The position numbers and the translations under genes were made by a program. From the IMG/VR virus record IMGVR_UViG_3300042558_004148, positions 1-64,000 of that record: a stretch of DNA of 64,000 nucleotides. One strand, 5' to 3'. The notes below the pieces were generated by a model that ran no database searches, was not told the origin of the DNA, and was given only the letters and a program-made list of their open reading frames with translations. Numbering within the stretch: position 1 is the stretch's first letter; every line of letters begins with the position of its first letter. Of the stretch, positions 54,668 to 63,576 are shown in pieces.

Positions 54668-55810
54668 ATGAAAAATTTACCTTCATTCGAAGAATATAAA
54701 AAATACGATCATTTTCTGGAAAGAACCGAAAGTGATTTAGTTGCTGAACTTAGATCACTCGAAACTGCTGATCCATATCATTCTGTTAATGAGGGACAAA
54801 TTATGAATTCGCTAAAAAATACATTATCCAAGTTCTTTTTGGGTTCAGCTTCCAGAGTAAGTATGCTGGACGAGGCTAGAAAGATAATACTTGAGCTTGA
54901 GCTTGATTTAATAGAGAAAAGAAATGAATTCGAATTAGCTGTTGATAAAATAAATTCACAGATTGACGAATTAAGTAAAACCGAAGAGAATGATAAAGTC
55001 GTTGCACTTGGTAAAGAAAGAGAAGCTAAAGCTAAAGAAATGGAGGCTTATATAAAGGCTCAGAGACTTAAAATTAAAAAATCCAAAGAAGTTGCTAATA
55101 AATTAGTTGATGGTAATGCCAGAAGAAGAGAATATCTTATGGCAGGATATTCTGAGGATGAGATTGCTATTGCTGAATTGGAATATAAATTAGCTAAGGA
55201 AAGATCTGAAGAATCATCAGTTCTTAAAGATTATGAGGATAAGATAAAAACTGCCAAAGCTGAATATGAGGAAAAAAGTTCGGATCTTAAATCAAAAATG
55301 GAGGATGTAGAAAAGGAAAAAGCGGACGATGAATCAACCGGTAATTTAAGAGTGGATCCACGAGAGGAGAAAAAGAAAATCTCCAGCAGAAAAGGTAGAG
55401 ATATTATACAAAGAAAGAATGAATTGGAAAAAGATATAGCTGATATTAGATCGTCCATTGAGAGAAAGCTAAATAGATTATCTGATAAAATAAGCAAATC
55501 AAAAACACCAATTAGTGCTAGATCCGTGAATCCATATAAGATGGATCTTTTAGAATTGGCATCATCCCTTGATTCAAAAACAAATCTTCTAGCACTATTT
55601 AGAAATTTAGGTAAAACAGAGAATGAAATAACTAACAGTCTTAAAGGTGAATCAGATTTTACTAAGATGGCAAATCAGATAAATCAAGTTATAAGTGATG
55701 GTAACGATGCTAATTCTGGTACTAAGAAGATCATAAGTGAAGTATTTTCAGGGGGTAATACAGTTACTGTTGATATCATAAATTCAGCTAGGAAAAAACT
55801 AAATAAATAA
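54668..55810 (+). CDS. Coiled-coil late protein (candidate internal head protein)
   Basis: MKNLPSFEEY start, SVNE site, charged helical sequence. Confidence 0.6.
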   Translation: MKNLPSFEEYKKYDHFLERTESDLVAELRSLETADPYHSVNEGQIMNSLKNTLSKFFLGSASRVSMLDEARKIILELELDLIEKRNEFELAVDKINSQIDELSKTEENDKVVALGKEREAKAKEMEAYIKAQRLKIKKSKEVANKLVDGNARRREYLMAGYSEDEIAIAELEYKLAKERSEESSVLKDYEDKIKTAKAEYEEKSSDLKSKMEDVEKEKADDESTGNLRVDPREEKKKISSRKGRDIIQRKNELEKDIADIRSSIERKLNRLSDKISKSKTPISARSVNPYKMDLLELASSLDSKTNLLALFRNLGKTENEITNSLKGESDFTKMANQINQVISDGNDANSGTKKIISEVFSGGNTVTVDIINSARKKLNK

Positions 55811-55816
55811 TAAATA

Positions 55817-56707
55817 ATGACTCTTAAATTTAAAGAATGGAATGAGCTGAATGAAGCTAATATCTTTGATAAGGTTAAAGATTGGTTTAGTGTCAATTTC
55901 GGAGGTGCCCTAAATAAGATGGAGAATCTAATAACTGAATATAGATCTGCCGAGGAAGAGTATATTGATGAGTGGGAAAAGGTTAATATAGAATTGGATA
56001 AACTAGATCTACAAAAGGATCAGACCAAATCGGATCCTGCTGAATATAAGAAAATCGAAAGATACGTACAAAGAAATCAGGAATTGCTTTCTAATATGAA
56101 GAAATCACATGTTAAGAAGATAGATCACATAATGGTCAAGGTAAAATCCCTAATAAATGACAATGCTAAACTTAGAACATACTGGGAAGTTAATAAGACA
56201 CGAGTTGATTCGGAGATAGCTGAAGACATGTACAAAAGATCCAAAGATCTTGCTGACGAGACATTGTCTAGAGACCTTTATAATAAATACAAGGATTCTG
56301 TATTAAAAGCAAAGAAAAAGGATGATGAATTCAAGGAAAAGTATGGTGATCTATTAAAGGGTTCTTATAAAAAAACTCAGACCGCTCAACAAAAAACTAC
56401 CTCAAAATCTGGTATATCGGAGGCAACTCTAGATCTTTACATAGCCATGTCACTTAGTGAATTTACTAAGGAAATAGAATCTCTGGATCCTAAGGAGAGA
56501 AGAGAATTGACAAATCTTCTGATAAAGAACCGAAATGAGCTATATGTTCAGATGGATATGGAAAGAGAAAATATAAACTCTTTGATATCTAAGGGCCAAT
56601 TAACAAAAGAGGAGGCTTCCAAAGAACTAAAAGACATCAGAGAGAAGCACATGAGTGATATAAGAGAATTAAGATCTAAAATAACAATATCTAGAAAGAA
56701 TGCTTAA
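55817..56707 (+). CDS. Coiled-coil late protein (candidate internal head protein), related to 54668
   Basis: MTLKFKEWNELNE start; FF/WF...G...[ML]D/N pattern followed by a charged coiled coil, as in 54668. Confidence 0.6.
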   Translation: MTLKFKEWNELNEANIFDKVKDWFSVNFGGALNKMENLITEYRSAEEEYIDEWEKVNIELDKLDLQKDQTKSDPAEYKKIERYVQRNQELLSNMKKSHVKKIDHIMVKVKSLINDNAKLRTYWEVNKTRVDSEIAEDMYKRSKDLADETLSRDLYNKYKDSVLKAKKKDDEFKEKYGDLLKGSYKKTQTAQQKTTSKSGISEATLDLYIAMSLSEFTKEIESLDPKERRELTNLLIKNRNELYVQMDMERENINSLISKGQLTKEEASKELKDIREKHMSDIRELRSKITISRKNA

Positions 56708-56954
56708 TTTCAAAGATTTTAAAATGAATGAAATCGAAGGAAAGGGTAGAGTTCAAGAAATTAAACTCGAAATAACAAAAAAATTCGATGATATAAAGGA
56801 AGCTAAAGCTTCTAAAAAAGAGGGGGATGTTAATTCTGAAGTTTCCAGTATAGATAAGCAAGCATTAATATATGCTGAGATTTCTGGACTTATGAAAGAA
56901 TTATCTGCAGAGATTAAAAAATTACCAAAGGATGAGTCCTCTAATATATACTAA
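56700..56954 (+). CDS. Small late protein (candidate internal head protein)
   Basis: MLNFKDFKMNE start. Confidence 0.55.
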   Translation: MLNFKDFKMNEIEGKGRVQEIKLEITKKFDDIKEAKASKKEGDVNSEVSSIDKQALIYAEISGLMKELSAEIKKLPKDESSNIY

Positions 56955-56956
56955 AT

Positions 56957-59449
56957 ATGATGAATAAGAAGAACCCATATATTAATAATCCAGTAGCTTC
57001 AATGCTTTTTGAAAGCTATAATTCAGGCATATTGGAAAATGAAAAAGTTGATGCATTATTAAATAAAATAGCAGATAATGCTCTTAATACATTTAAAATA
57101 TTAACATTCGATCTAGCTCCTAAAAGAGATAGGAATCCTGATGTTATGAGAGTTAAATTATCGGACATATCTAATTCAACTAGTGTTAAAGAGCTTACCG
57201 CAAAACTTGTTGATTATTCCGATGATAATGAACTTTCAAATTCAAAATATGCTGAGGCTAAAAGACTCTATTTACAGTCATTAAATAAGTTTGCTGAAGC
57301 TTTAAATAGAGCTTCAGAGATTTCTAAGAGTAAGGACGAGGTCATTCTAAAAAGCTTTAAATTAGCTCCTATGAAGCTTCAAAGCAGTCTTGATAATATC
57401 GCTAAGCAGGCTGAGGATGAAGCAAAAATAAAAGCAACTAGTGAATCTTTCGAATATCTGGGTGATTCTATAAATGAATCTATATTTACTGGATATAGAG
57501 GAAGGATAGAGAAGCTAAAAAAATTGTTAACAAATCTTATTTCATCTGCTGAGGGAAAAAATCAAAAGAATGGATATGGTAGGGACTGGAAAAGAACTTT
57601 CATTGATCTTGACGAGAAAAGAAAGGTTCTTGATACAACCAGATCTGGATTTGGCGAGAAGGACAAAAAATCTTTGGATGAACTGGAGAAGCAAGTAAAT
57701 AAATTTCAGGACGAATTCAATAACGTTTTAGTTCAAACTGCTAATAGATCCCTACAAGCACTAGAGGATGATGAAGAAATTTATACCACATATAGTGATG
57801 TCGGAGAGTTAACAAATGTGGCATTAGATTTATTAACAAGAGCAAAAGCACAGTACACATTAGCTGATAAGGAAATTGTTGATGATTATGATGCTCAGGA
57901 GTCGACATTCAATAAAACTTTATTTCCTTTAAAGAGAGGTGATAGAGACTCTGATAAAAAAATGAAAGGCAGCGGACTTGTTTATGCTATACAGAATGCT
58001 ATATCAAACGGGATACCTTCGGCTGGAAAATTAATCAGATCTAAAGGTGGACCTAATGGAATATATGGTCCTGCTACAACGTCTGTTATCACAACCATAC
58101 AGAAGCTATCAGGAAATAAGAATGCTAATGGTGAGATAGATAAGAATTTATTAGAGGATATAATAGCATCTGACTGGGTTTCGGAAAAAGATAAAAAAGC
58201 AATACAGAAGTCGATAGATTCAGCTAGAATAAAGATGAACGAGTCAGCTTTTGGTAGTTTCGGATTTGTTGGTATAGATTCCTTTATGTCTCCAATAAAC
58301 GAAGGTAAGATAGTAATTAATAATTCTGAATTTGAGAAAGAATTAGGTAATCAATACAAGGAGGTCAAGGCAAAAACACCATCAGGAGATGGATCTGGAG
58401 TTAAAAAGTCCGCTAATTCTAGTGGTACTGTTAAGGAACTTGCTAAAGCTCTAAGGCAAAACTATAGTCTTAAGGTTGAGTCTGATGATTTTCTTAAAAC
58501 TGACGGTTCCCTTAAGGCATCATTCACACCTCAATTTATCGGTGCTTGGAATAAAGCTGTAAATAAGGTGGAAAAAACGAAGGATGATTATTCATATTTC
58601 TTTTTCTCTGGTGGTGTATATCCAATCAAATTATCATCTACTTCACTTAAAAATCCTGCCAACTGGAACAAATGGGCAGATTCAAGACAGCTAAAAGGAT
58701 TGGGTAATGATGATGCGGTTGATTTTCTTAGTGATTATCTTAGAAATTGGAAAACATTTGGTATGGTTAAACCCGATAGCAGATGGAATGGTATAAAATC
58801 TGTGATCAAAGTAAGAGAAAATTCGGATCTTGCTTCAGGCTATGAAATGATGGAGACATCAATACAGAATAAAGGAATCCCTTTTATTGATTTTGATAAT
58901 TTAAAGGGTGATATAACAAAGGCATTCAATATGGCTTTGCAAAAGTCTGAAAAATCACCGGATCTTGGTGTTGAAGATTTTACTGCAGTAAATGATTTCA
59001 TGGTAATGCTATCCAATGCCGTATCATTTGACGGAAAGAAATTCATAAGTTGTATAAAATGGATACATGACCATGTGCTTGGTGAAGCAACATCTAAAAG
59101 AATAGCTAAGGATTCCATCTATATGGAGAAAAGCTTATCTGAGGATGAAATATTAAGTTACGTTGGAAGCGATATTAAATTAGTTAAAAGATCTTCAATA
59201 GGTACGGGATGGGGAAAAAATTTAGCAGATAGTAAGAATAGTCCTAGTGAGGATCTTTCTGGATTTTCTCCGCTAATATATTTGAAAGATAGCGATTCGA
59301 AATATAAAAAAGTTCTTGGGGTAAACGTATTCTATATTGCAGCTGATATTTATCCTTCACTTAAATCACATATTAGAAGAATGAATGCTACTAACTTTGA
59401 ACAGGTTCCTCAATTTAAACCTTTTAAATGTGTGGACGTTAATCTATAA
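56957..59449 (+). CDS. Large late protein with a peptidoglycan-binding-like domain
   Basis: LKRGD...AIQ...NGIYGPATTSVITTIQ...NGEID resembles PG_binding_1; several [IM]NE sites. Confidence 0.55.
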   Translation: MMNKKNPYINNPVASMLFESYNSGILENEKVDALLNKIADNALNTFKILTFDLAPKRDRNPDVMRVKLSDISNSTSVKELTAKLVDYSDDNELSNSKYAEAKRLYLQSLNKFAEALNRASEISKSKDEVILKSFKLAPMKLQSSLDNIAKQAEDEAKIKATSESFEYLGDSINESIFTGYRGRIEKLKKLLTNLISSAEGKNQKNGYGRDWKRTFIDLDEKRKVLDTTRSGFGEKDKKSLDELEKQVNKFQDEFNNVLVQTANRSLQALEDDEEIYTTYSDVGELTNVALDLLTRAKAQYTLADKEIVDDYDAQESTFNKTLFPLKRGDRDSDKKMKGSGLVYAIQNAISNGIPSAGKLIRSKGGPNGIYGPATTSVITTIQKLSGNKNANGEIDKNLLEDIIASDWVSEKDKKAIQKSIDSARIKMNESAFGSFGFVGIDSFMSPINEGKIVINNSEFEKELGNQYKEVKAKTPSGDGSGVKKSANSSGTVKELAKALRQNYSLKVESDDFLKTDGSLKASFTPQFIGAWNKAVNKVEKTKDDYSYFFFSGGVYPIKLSSTSLKNPANWNKWADSRQLKGLGNDDAVDFLSDYLRNWKTFGMVKPDSRWNGIKSVIKVRENSDLASGYEMMETSIQNKGIPFIDFDNLKGDITKAFNMALQKSEKSPDLGVEDFTAVNDFMVMLSNAVSFDGKKFISCIKWIHDHVLGEATSKRIAKDSIYMEKSLSEDEILSYVGSDIKLVKRSSIGTGWGKNLADSKNSPSEDLSGFSPLIYLKDSDSKYKKVLGVNVFYIAADIYPSLKSHIRRMNATNFEQVPQFKPFKCVDVNL

Positions 59450-59468
59450 CAATCCCATTAAATTTTAT

Positions 59469-59495
59469 AAAAACGGTCCAAATTGGGCCGTTTTT
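59469..59495 (+). terminator. Rho-independent terminator
   Basis: AAAAACGGTCCA/TGGGCCGTTTTT stem with one G-U pair. Confidence 0.75.
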
Positions 59496-59517
59496 AGTGT
59501 TTATAAGAAAAATATAT

Positions 59518-59545
59518 GAAATCATATTGTTTTAATTGCATATAA
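59518..59545 (+). promoter_or_regulatory. Candidate middle promoter GAAAT-N18-TATAA
   Basis: After the terminator, upstream of the kinase-AsnB pair. Confidence 0.45.
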
Positions 59546-59561
59546 CTTCTAAACTTTAAGA

Positions 59562-60131
59562 ATGATTTATGTATTCGAAGGGGTCAGAAACTCCGGTAAA
59601 ACCTACCTGTCAAATCACATAGCCGATGAATTTGGAATAGAAAGATTCCAATTCAATTTCGGATCTTATTTTAATTTACTTGACTTGGAAAGCAAAAACA
59701 ATAGGGAAGCTCACTCGTTCTCTATGGGTAAGGAACTTATGCTAATGCAACTGTCTAAGGACCTATCCAACAAATCAATTGGTAATTTTATACATGACAG
59801 AGGTATACTTACGGTTTTATCCTGGGGATTATCAGAAAATAGAATAAGTAAGGATGATGTAATTAAACAGCTTGAATTTATAAGGGACAATGAACTACTT
59901 TCAGAAATAACAATAATCCACATATGTGGAAATAATCCAAATACTGGTGACAGAAATAAAGATCAGTGGGATTATGCTGATAGCAGCGATTCTGAATCAA
60001 TAGCATTCGATTATGTTAAGACAAAACTTATTGAAATATGTAATCCTGAGATTCATACATTTCAGAATGCATTCGATGTAGAATCAACATCTTCTCTTGA
60101 TCTTTTATTTAAAACCATAATACATAATTAA
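59562..60131 (+). CDS. P-loop dNMP/thymidylate kinase-like protein
   Basis: FEGVRNSGKT; IHDRG motif. Confidence 0.75.
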   Translation: MIYVFEGVRNSGKTYLSNHIADEFGIERFQFNFGSYFNLLDLESKNNREAHSFSMGKELMLMQLSKDLSNKSIGNFIHDRGILTVLSWGLSENRISKDDVIKQLEFIRDNELLSEITIIHICGNNPNTGDRNKDQWDYADSSDSESIAFDYVKTKLIEICNPEIHTFQNAFDVESTSSLDLLFKTIIHN

Positions 60132-60132
60132 T

Positions 60133-61542
60133 ATGTGCGGAATACTACTAACAACCGGAGCAAAGGCTAATCCAGAAATATTAGATTCAATAAGTCATAG
60201 AGGTATAGAGAAATCTATTGAGACTGTAGGTAACGTAACGATGTGCCATCATAGATTACCTATACAGACATTGGATGGTGATGACTGGAGTCAACCAATA
60301 GAAATGTCGGAGGGAGTATATCTCATGTTCAACGGTGAAATATTTAATTATGATTCTAGCCTATTTGAATCTGATACCGAATACCTCTGCAATTTATTTG
60401 GAAATTTTAAAAGTGGTGGTACGCTGGGATTTTTTATTGCAATGTATCTTCCGTATATAGTTAAATGGGATGGGTTTTGGGCCATTGTTATATACGATTC
60501 TAAGACAGGAAACATAATAACTTTTACCGATCCTCTTGGTAAGAAATGTTTATATAAAAATGAGCTTGGTGAGATTTGTTCAGAAATGAAGGGATTATAT
60601 ACGGACAATTCCGATATAGACGATAAATTTATAAGCTCCGTTAGAAAATGGGGATATAATAAAGATGATCGGACACCATATACGAATATAAAAAGATTGC
60701 TACCTAATAAGATATATTCGTATAATATCGGATCTCCGTTATTTGAAAATATCTATCATGAATATTATAGATCTTGGAATCTACCAATTCCAGAACTTAT
60801 CGATGCGGACTACGATACCCATATGGAATGGCTATGGTCGAAAATGATCGAAAGTGTTCAGAATAGATTGGTATCTAGAAATTATCCAATATCAATATTA
60901 GTTTCGGGTGGATTGGATTCTGCTATCATAGCCGGTATACTTAAGGAGATGAATGCTAATGTAACATGGTTTAGTATAGAGAATGGTGAGACACCATTTG
61001 TTAATGATTTAAGCAGCCATTTAAGCACTCCTGTTAATTTTCTGGACTATTCTATGGATAGCGATAAAAATGCTCTTATATACGCTAAATGGAATGAAAG
61101 TCCGATAGATTTAGGATCTGTTATCCCGCAGTATCATTTATTTGAGGCTATTAAGAAAAATACCGATTATAGAATTGTTATAAGCGGTGACGGATCGGAT
61201 GAATTATTTGGCGGATACTCAAGAATACATGAGTATGATTCACAAAAATCAGATATATTCGAGGAACTTAGCTTTTATCATTTACCAAGACTCGATAAAA
61301 TGTCAATGGCTCATACGCTGGAGCTCAGAAGTCCTTTCCTAAATCTAGATATAGTTAGATTCGCTATGCATCTTCCTTTGGAATGGAGGAAGGATAAAAA
61401 AATACTGAAGGATACGTTCGGTCCTCTTTTACCGACGTCCATCGTGGATAGAAAGAAGGAGGCACTTAAAAATCCTGAAATAAAGCAGGACAAAATAGCA
61501 TACAGATATAAGGCGGTGGATCTTTTCCTTTCCCTGGCTTAG
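60133..61542 (+). CDS. asnB: Asparagine synthetase B-like glutamine amidotransferase
   Basis: N-terminal MCGI (Ntn Cys), HRG, FNGEIFNY, PP-loop SGGLDS, SGDGSDELFGGY, LELRSPFL. Confidence 0.9.
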   Translation: MCGILLTTGAKANPEILDSISHRGIEKSIETVGNVTMCHHRLPIQTLDGDDWSQPIEMSEGVYLMFNGEIFNYDSSLFESDTEYLCNLFGNFKSGGTLGFFIAMYLPYIVKWDGFWAIVIYDSKTGNIITFTDPLGKKCLYKNELGEICSEMKGLYTDNSDIDDKFISSVRKWGYNKDDRTPYTNIKRLLPNKIYSYNIGSPLFENIYHEYYRSWNLPIPELIDADYDTHMEWLWSKMIESVQNRLVSRNYPISILVSGGLDSAIIAGILKEMNANVTWFSIENGETPFVNDLSSHLSTPVNFLDYSMDSDKNALIYAKWNESPIDLGSVIPQYHLFEAIKKNTDYRIVISGDGSDELFGGYSRIHEYDSQKSDIFEELSFYHLPRLDKMSMAHTLELRSPFLNLDIVRFAMHLPLEWRKDKKILKDTFGPLLPTSIVDRKKEALKNPEIKQDKIAYRYKAVDLFLSLA

Positions 61543-61566
61543 TGAATGTTTATTATTTTCTGATTG

Positions 61567-61574
61567 GATATATA
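61567..61574 (+). promoter_or_regulatory. Candidate late promoter GATATATA
   Basis: 19 nt before 61594. Confidence 0.6.
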
Positions 61575-61593
61575 GTTTAAATAAAAAAATAAG

Positions 61594-62256
61594 ATGCAGA
61601 GAATACTTAGACTAGATCAATTTAAGAGCAATGCTATATCTTTAGATGAGAATATAGATATTTCAGGAATACTTGGTAAGGTTATACCCTCATTAGGAAC
61701 TGGATTTATTAAAACACTTAAACAAAAATTAGCAGCAGTGCTAATGGAAAAAATAGGGGTTAAGGAAAATTCAAAATTTTCTATTATTATACAGGAATTA
61801 GTAGATTCAATAGAATTTAAAGAAATGCCAGGTTTAATAACTGGTGAAAATGCAAATGCAGAATTTCTAGCACCTAGACTAGCTCAGGCTGTTCAGGAAT
61901 ATATACAAAGGAAAGGTATGGATTCACTAATCGAGCCTTTTGGTTTGGAACCTAACGGATGGATGTACTCAACTATTAGAGAATCCCTACAAGGTGAATT
62001 AGGTAAAGAAAAATTAACAGCATTTTTCATGTCCGCATTTTCTGATGAACCTATAGGAGCAAAAACTATCTCATCATTAAGCGATAAAGAAAAAGAAGCA
62101 TTTAAGGGTGAATTTTTACAAAAAGCTTCTAAAGCTTATCCAACATCGGCTTCTGCAAGAAACATAACTTCTGATAAAAAAGAAAATGGTGGCGGTGGCG
62201 TATTGGATACGTTATCTGGAATTTGGGACGGTTTTGTGGCAGGAGCTAAAAAATAA
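61594..62256 (+). CDS. Late hypothetical protein (candidate internal head protein)
   Basis: MQRILRLDQF...SLDE N-terminus. Confidence 0.6.
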   Translation: MQRILRLDQFKSNAISLDENIDISGILGKVIPSLGTGFIKTLKQKLAAVLMEKIGVKENSKFSIIIQELVDSIEFKEMPGLITGENANAEFLAPRLAQAVQEYIQRKGMDSLIEPFGLEPNGWMYSTIRESLQGELGKEKLTAFFMSAFSDEPIGAKTISSLSDKEKEAFKGEFLQKASKAYPTSASARNITSDKKENGGGGVLDTLSGIWDGFVAGAKK

Positions 62257-62283
62257 AATAAAATAAAATAAAATAAAATAAAT
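62250..62283 (+). repeat. (AAAAT)6+ microsatellite in the leader of a small ORF
   Basis: Six perfect AAAAT units at 62250-62279 plus AAAT. Confidence 0.9.
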
Positions 62284-62284
62284 T

Positions 62285-62356
62285 ATGAAAACTATTTGCA
62301 ATTTAATAACCAAAATGACCTTCGGTATTGTTTGTTTCGGTTTATGTAAAAAATAA
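62285..62356 (+). CDS. 23-aa Cys-containing cationic microprotein MKTICNLITKMTFGIVCFGLCKK (absent from the ORF track)
   Basis: ATG after an A-rich leader like those of the neighbouring genes; fills the gap between two late genes. Confidence 0.5.
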   Translation: MKTICNLITKMTFGIVCFGLCKK

Positions 62357-62367
62357 AATTATAGAAT

Positions 62368-62715
62368 ATGAACGTACAGGACGTAGAAAAAAGAGAGGTT
62401 CTTGATTATAAACAATTTTTAGGTAAAGTACATGACGATACCTATAAACCTTTCGCAGCGGACAATCAAAAAGATTCCAGTGATAGAACGGGTCTTTCAG
62501 TAATAAAAAGAGAACCAGCTTTTGATTTTGTTGGATATGCAGATTCTGTATTTGGTAATAAATCCAAAATAGATGTACCTGCTTATAGAATAGATATGGA
62601 CGGAAAGCAAGGTGAAGTAGATGCTCAGCAATTTGGAAATGTTTTTAATATGGATACTAGTGAATCCGCTAACAATTCAGGCTATTCATTTATAAAAAAT
62701 CTTAGTGATTTTTAA
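62368..62715 (+). CDS. Late hypothetical protein
   Basis: VLDYKQFL near the N-terminus and FIKNLSDF at the C-terminus. Confidence 0.6.
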   Translation: MNVQDVEKREVLDYKQFLGKVHDDTYKPFAADNQKDSSDRTGLSVIKREPAFDFVGYADSVFGNKSKIDVPAYRIDMDGKQGEVDAQQFGNVFNMDTSESANNSGYSFIKNLSDF

Positions 62716-62733
62716 ATCTAATATAAGTATAAA

Positions 62734-62766
62734 AAAAAGGCTTCGTTTTTAAACGAAGCCTTTTTT
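62734..62766. terminator. Bidirectional terminator between convergent genes
   Basis: AAAAAGGCTTCGTTT/AAACGAAGCCTTTTT with an A tract before and a T tract after. Confidence 0.85.
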
Positions 62767-63490
62767 ATGATATTTTTTCTATGAATTTTTCTTTTGCTAA
62801 TCTATATATTTCTGAATTTTCCTCAAAATTTTCATATATCTGAATTACATATAGACTCGGAGATGATTTTTTTTCTAGATTAGCCTCAGCCAATATTTCA
62901 TGATAGATGTATTCATAATTTAGAGAAAATTTGGAATTCTTTAAATATATTCTTTTTAATATACATATTTCCTTGTCTCCATCATCGGTTTTCATCGTTA
63001 ATGATCCTTGCCAATGATAAGGTATGATTTTATCGTTTATCATGTTTCTAATTATAAGAATTCCTGAATTTGGTTTTTTGGTAGAATTCTTTTCTATTTC
63101 CGTTTCAACCTCAAATATTTTTATCTTTGATTCCTCATCCTTTAGTATATCCATACATATTTCTGAATATTCATATAATGTTTCCAATGAGCTATCTACT
63201 ATATTTAATATCTTCTCCTGAGTTGGTTCGTCAAGGGCATTAAATTTAAAATTGGCTATAATATCTCTATCCTCGGGTTTCCACCCATTGAATGATTTTA
63301 ATTCCACCGAATTTTTTGATTTAAAATTTGTTAATATTCTAAGTAATCTAGAAACCTCCCTTAGCGTGGAGTAGCAATTCCCAGAGTTTAAATTTTTACT
63401 GAGCTCTTTTAGATAATCCAGTAGGATATACTCTTTGTGCTCCTGATCGATCGGTTCTTTTATGAACCAAATTGGACTTATATTTTTCAT
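62765..63490 (-). CDS. Hypothetical protein, the only convincing minus-strand gene
   Basis: Likely start MKNISPIWFIKEPIDQEHKEYILLDYL at 63490; the longer listed start overlaps the next gene's promoter. Confidence 0.7.
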   Translation of the reverse strand: MKNISPIWFIKEPIDQEHKEYILLDYLKELSKNLNSGNCYSTLREVSRLLRILTNFKSKNSVELKSFNGWKPEDRDIIANFKFNALDEPTQEKILNIVDSSLETLYEYSEICMDILKDEESKIKIFEVETEIEKNSTKKPNSGILIIRNMINDKIIPYHWQGSLTMKTDDGDKEICILKRIYLKNSKFSLNYEYIYHEILAEANLEKKSSPSLYVIQIYENFEENSEIYRLAKEKFIEKIS

Positions 63491-63544
63491 TTCTTTTAAA
63501 TGGAATCTTATTTTATATATTTGACTAGATAAAAAGTTACGAAT

Positions 63545-63552
63545 GATATATA
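63545..63552 (+). promoter_or_regulatory. Candidate late promoter GATATATA
   Basis: 24 nt before ATG 63577. Confidence 0.55.
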
Positions 63553-63576
63553 CAATAACTAAAATAAAATTCAAAT

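Noticed and set aside
59562-62356. Lasso-peptide (RiPP) cluster of AsnB-like cyclase + kinase + small peptide
   Set aside because: The AsnB keeps an intact glutaminase domain, no B1/B2 proteins are present, and the peptide lacks a lasso leader/core pattern and is in a different transcription unit.
9045-63221. Short ORFs nested antisense or out of frame within larger genes (e.g. 12387-12767, 18604-19080, 25776-26264, 46588-46836, 49162-49533)
   Set aside because: They lie fully inside well-supported genes, show no motifs and have no plausible leaders.
63491-63574. Extended N-terminus of the minus-strand ORF
   Set aside because: It overlaps the promoter and leader of the divergent gene; ATG 63490 fits better.
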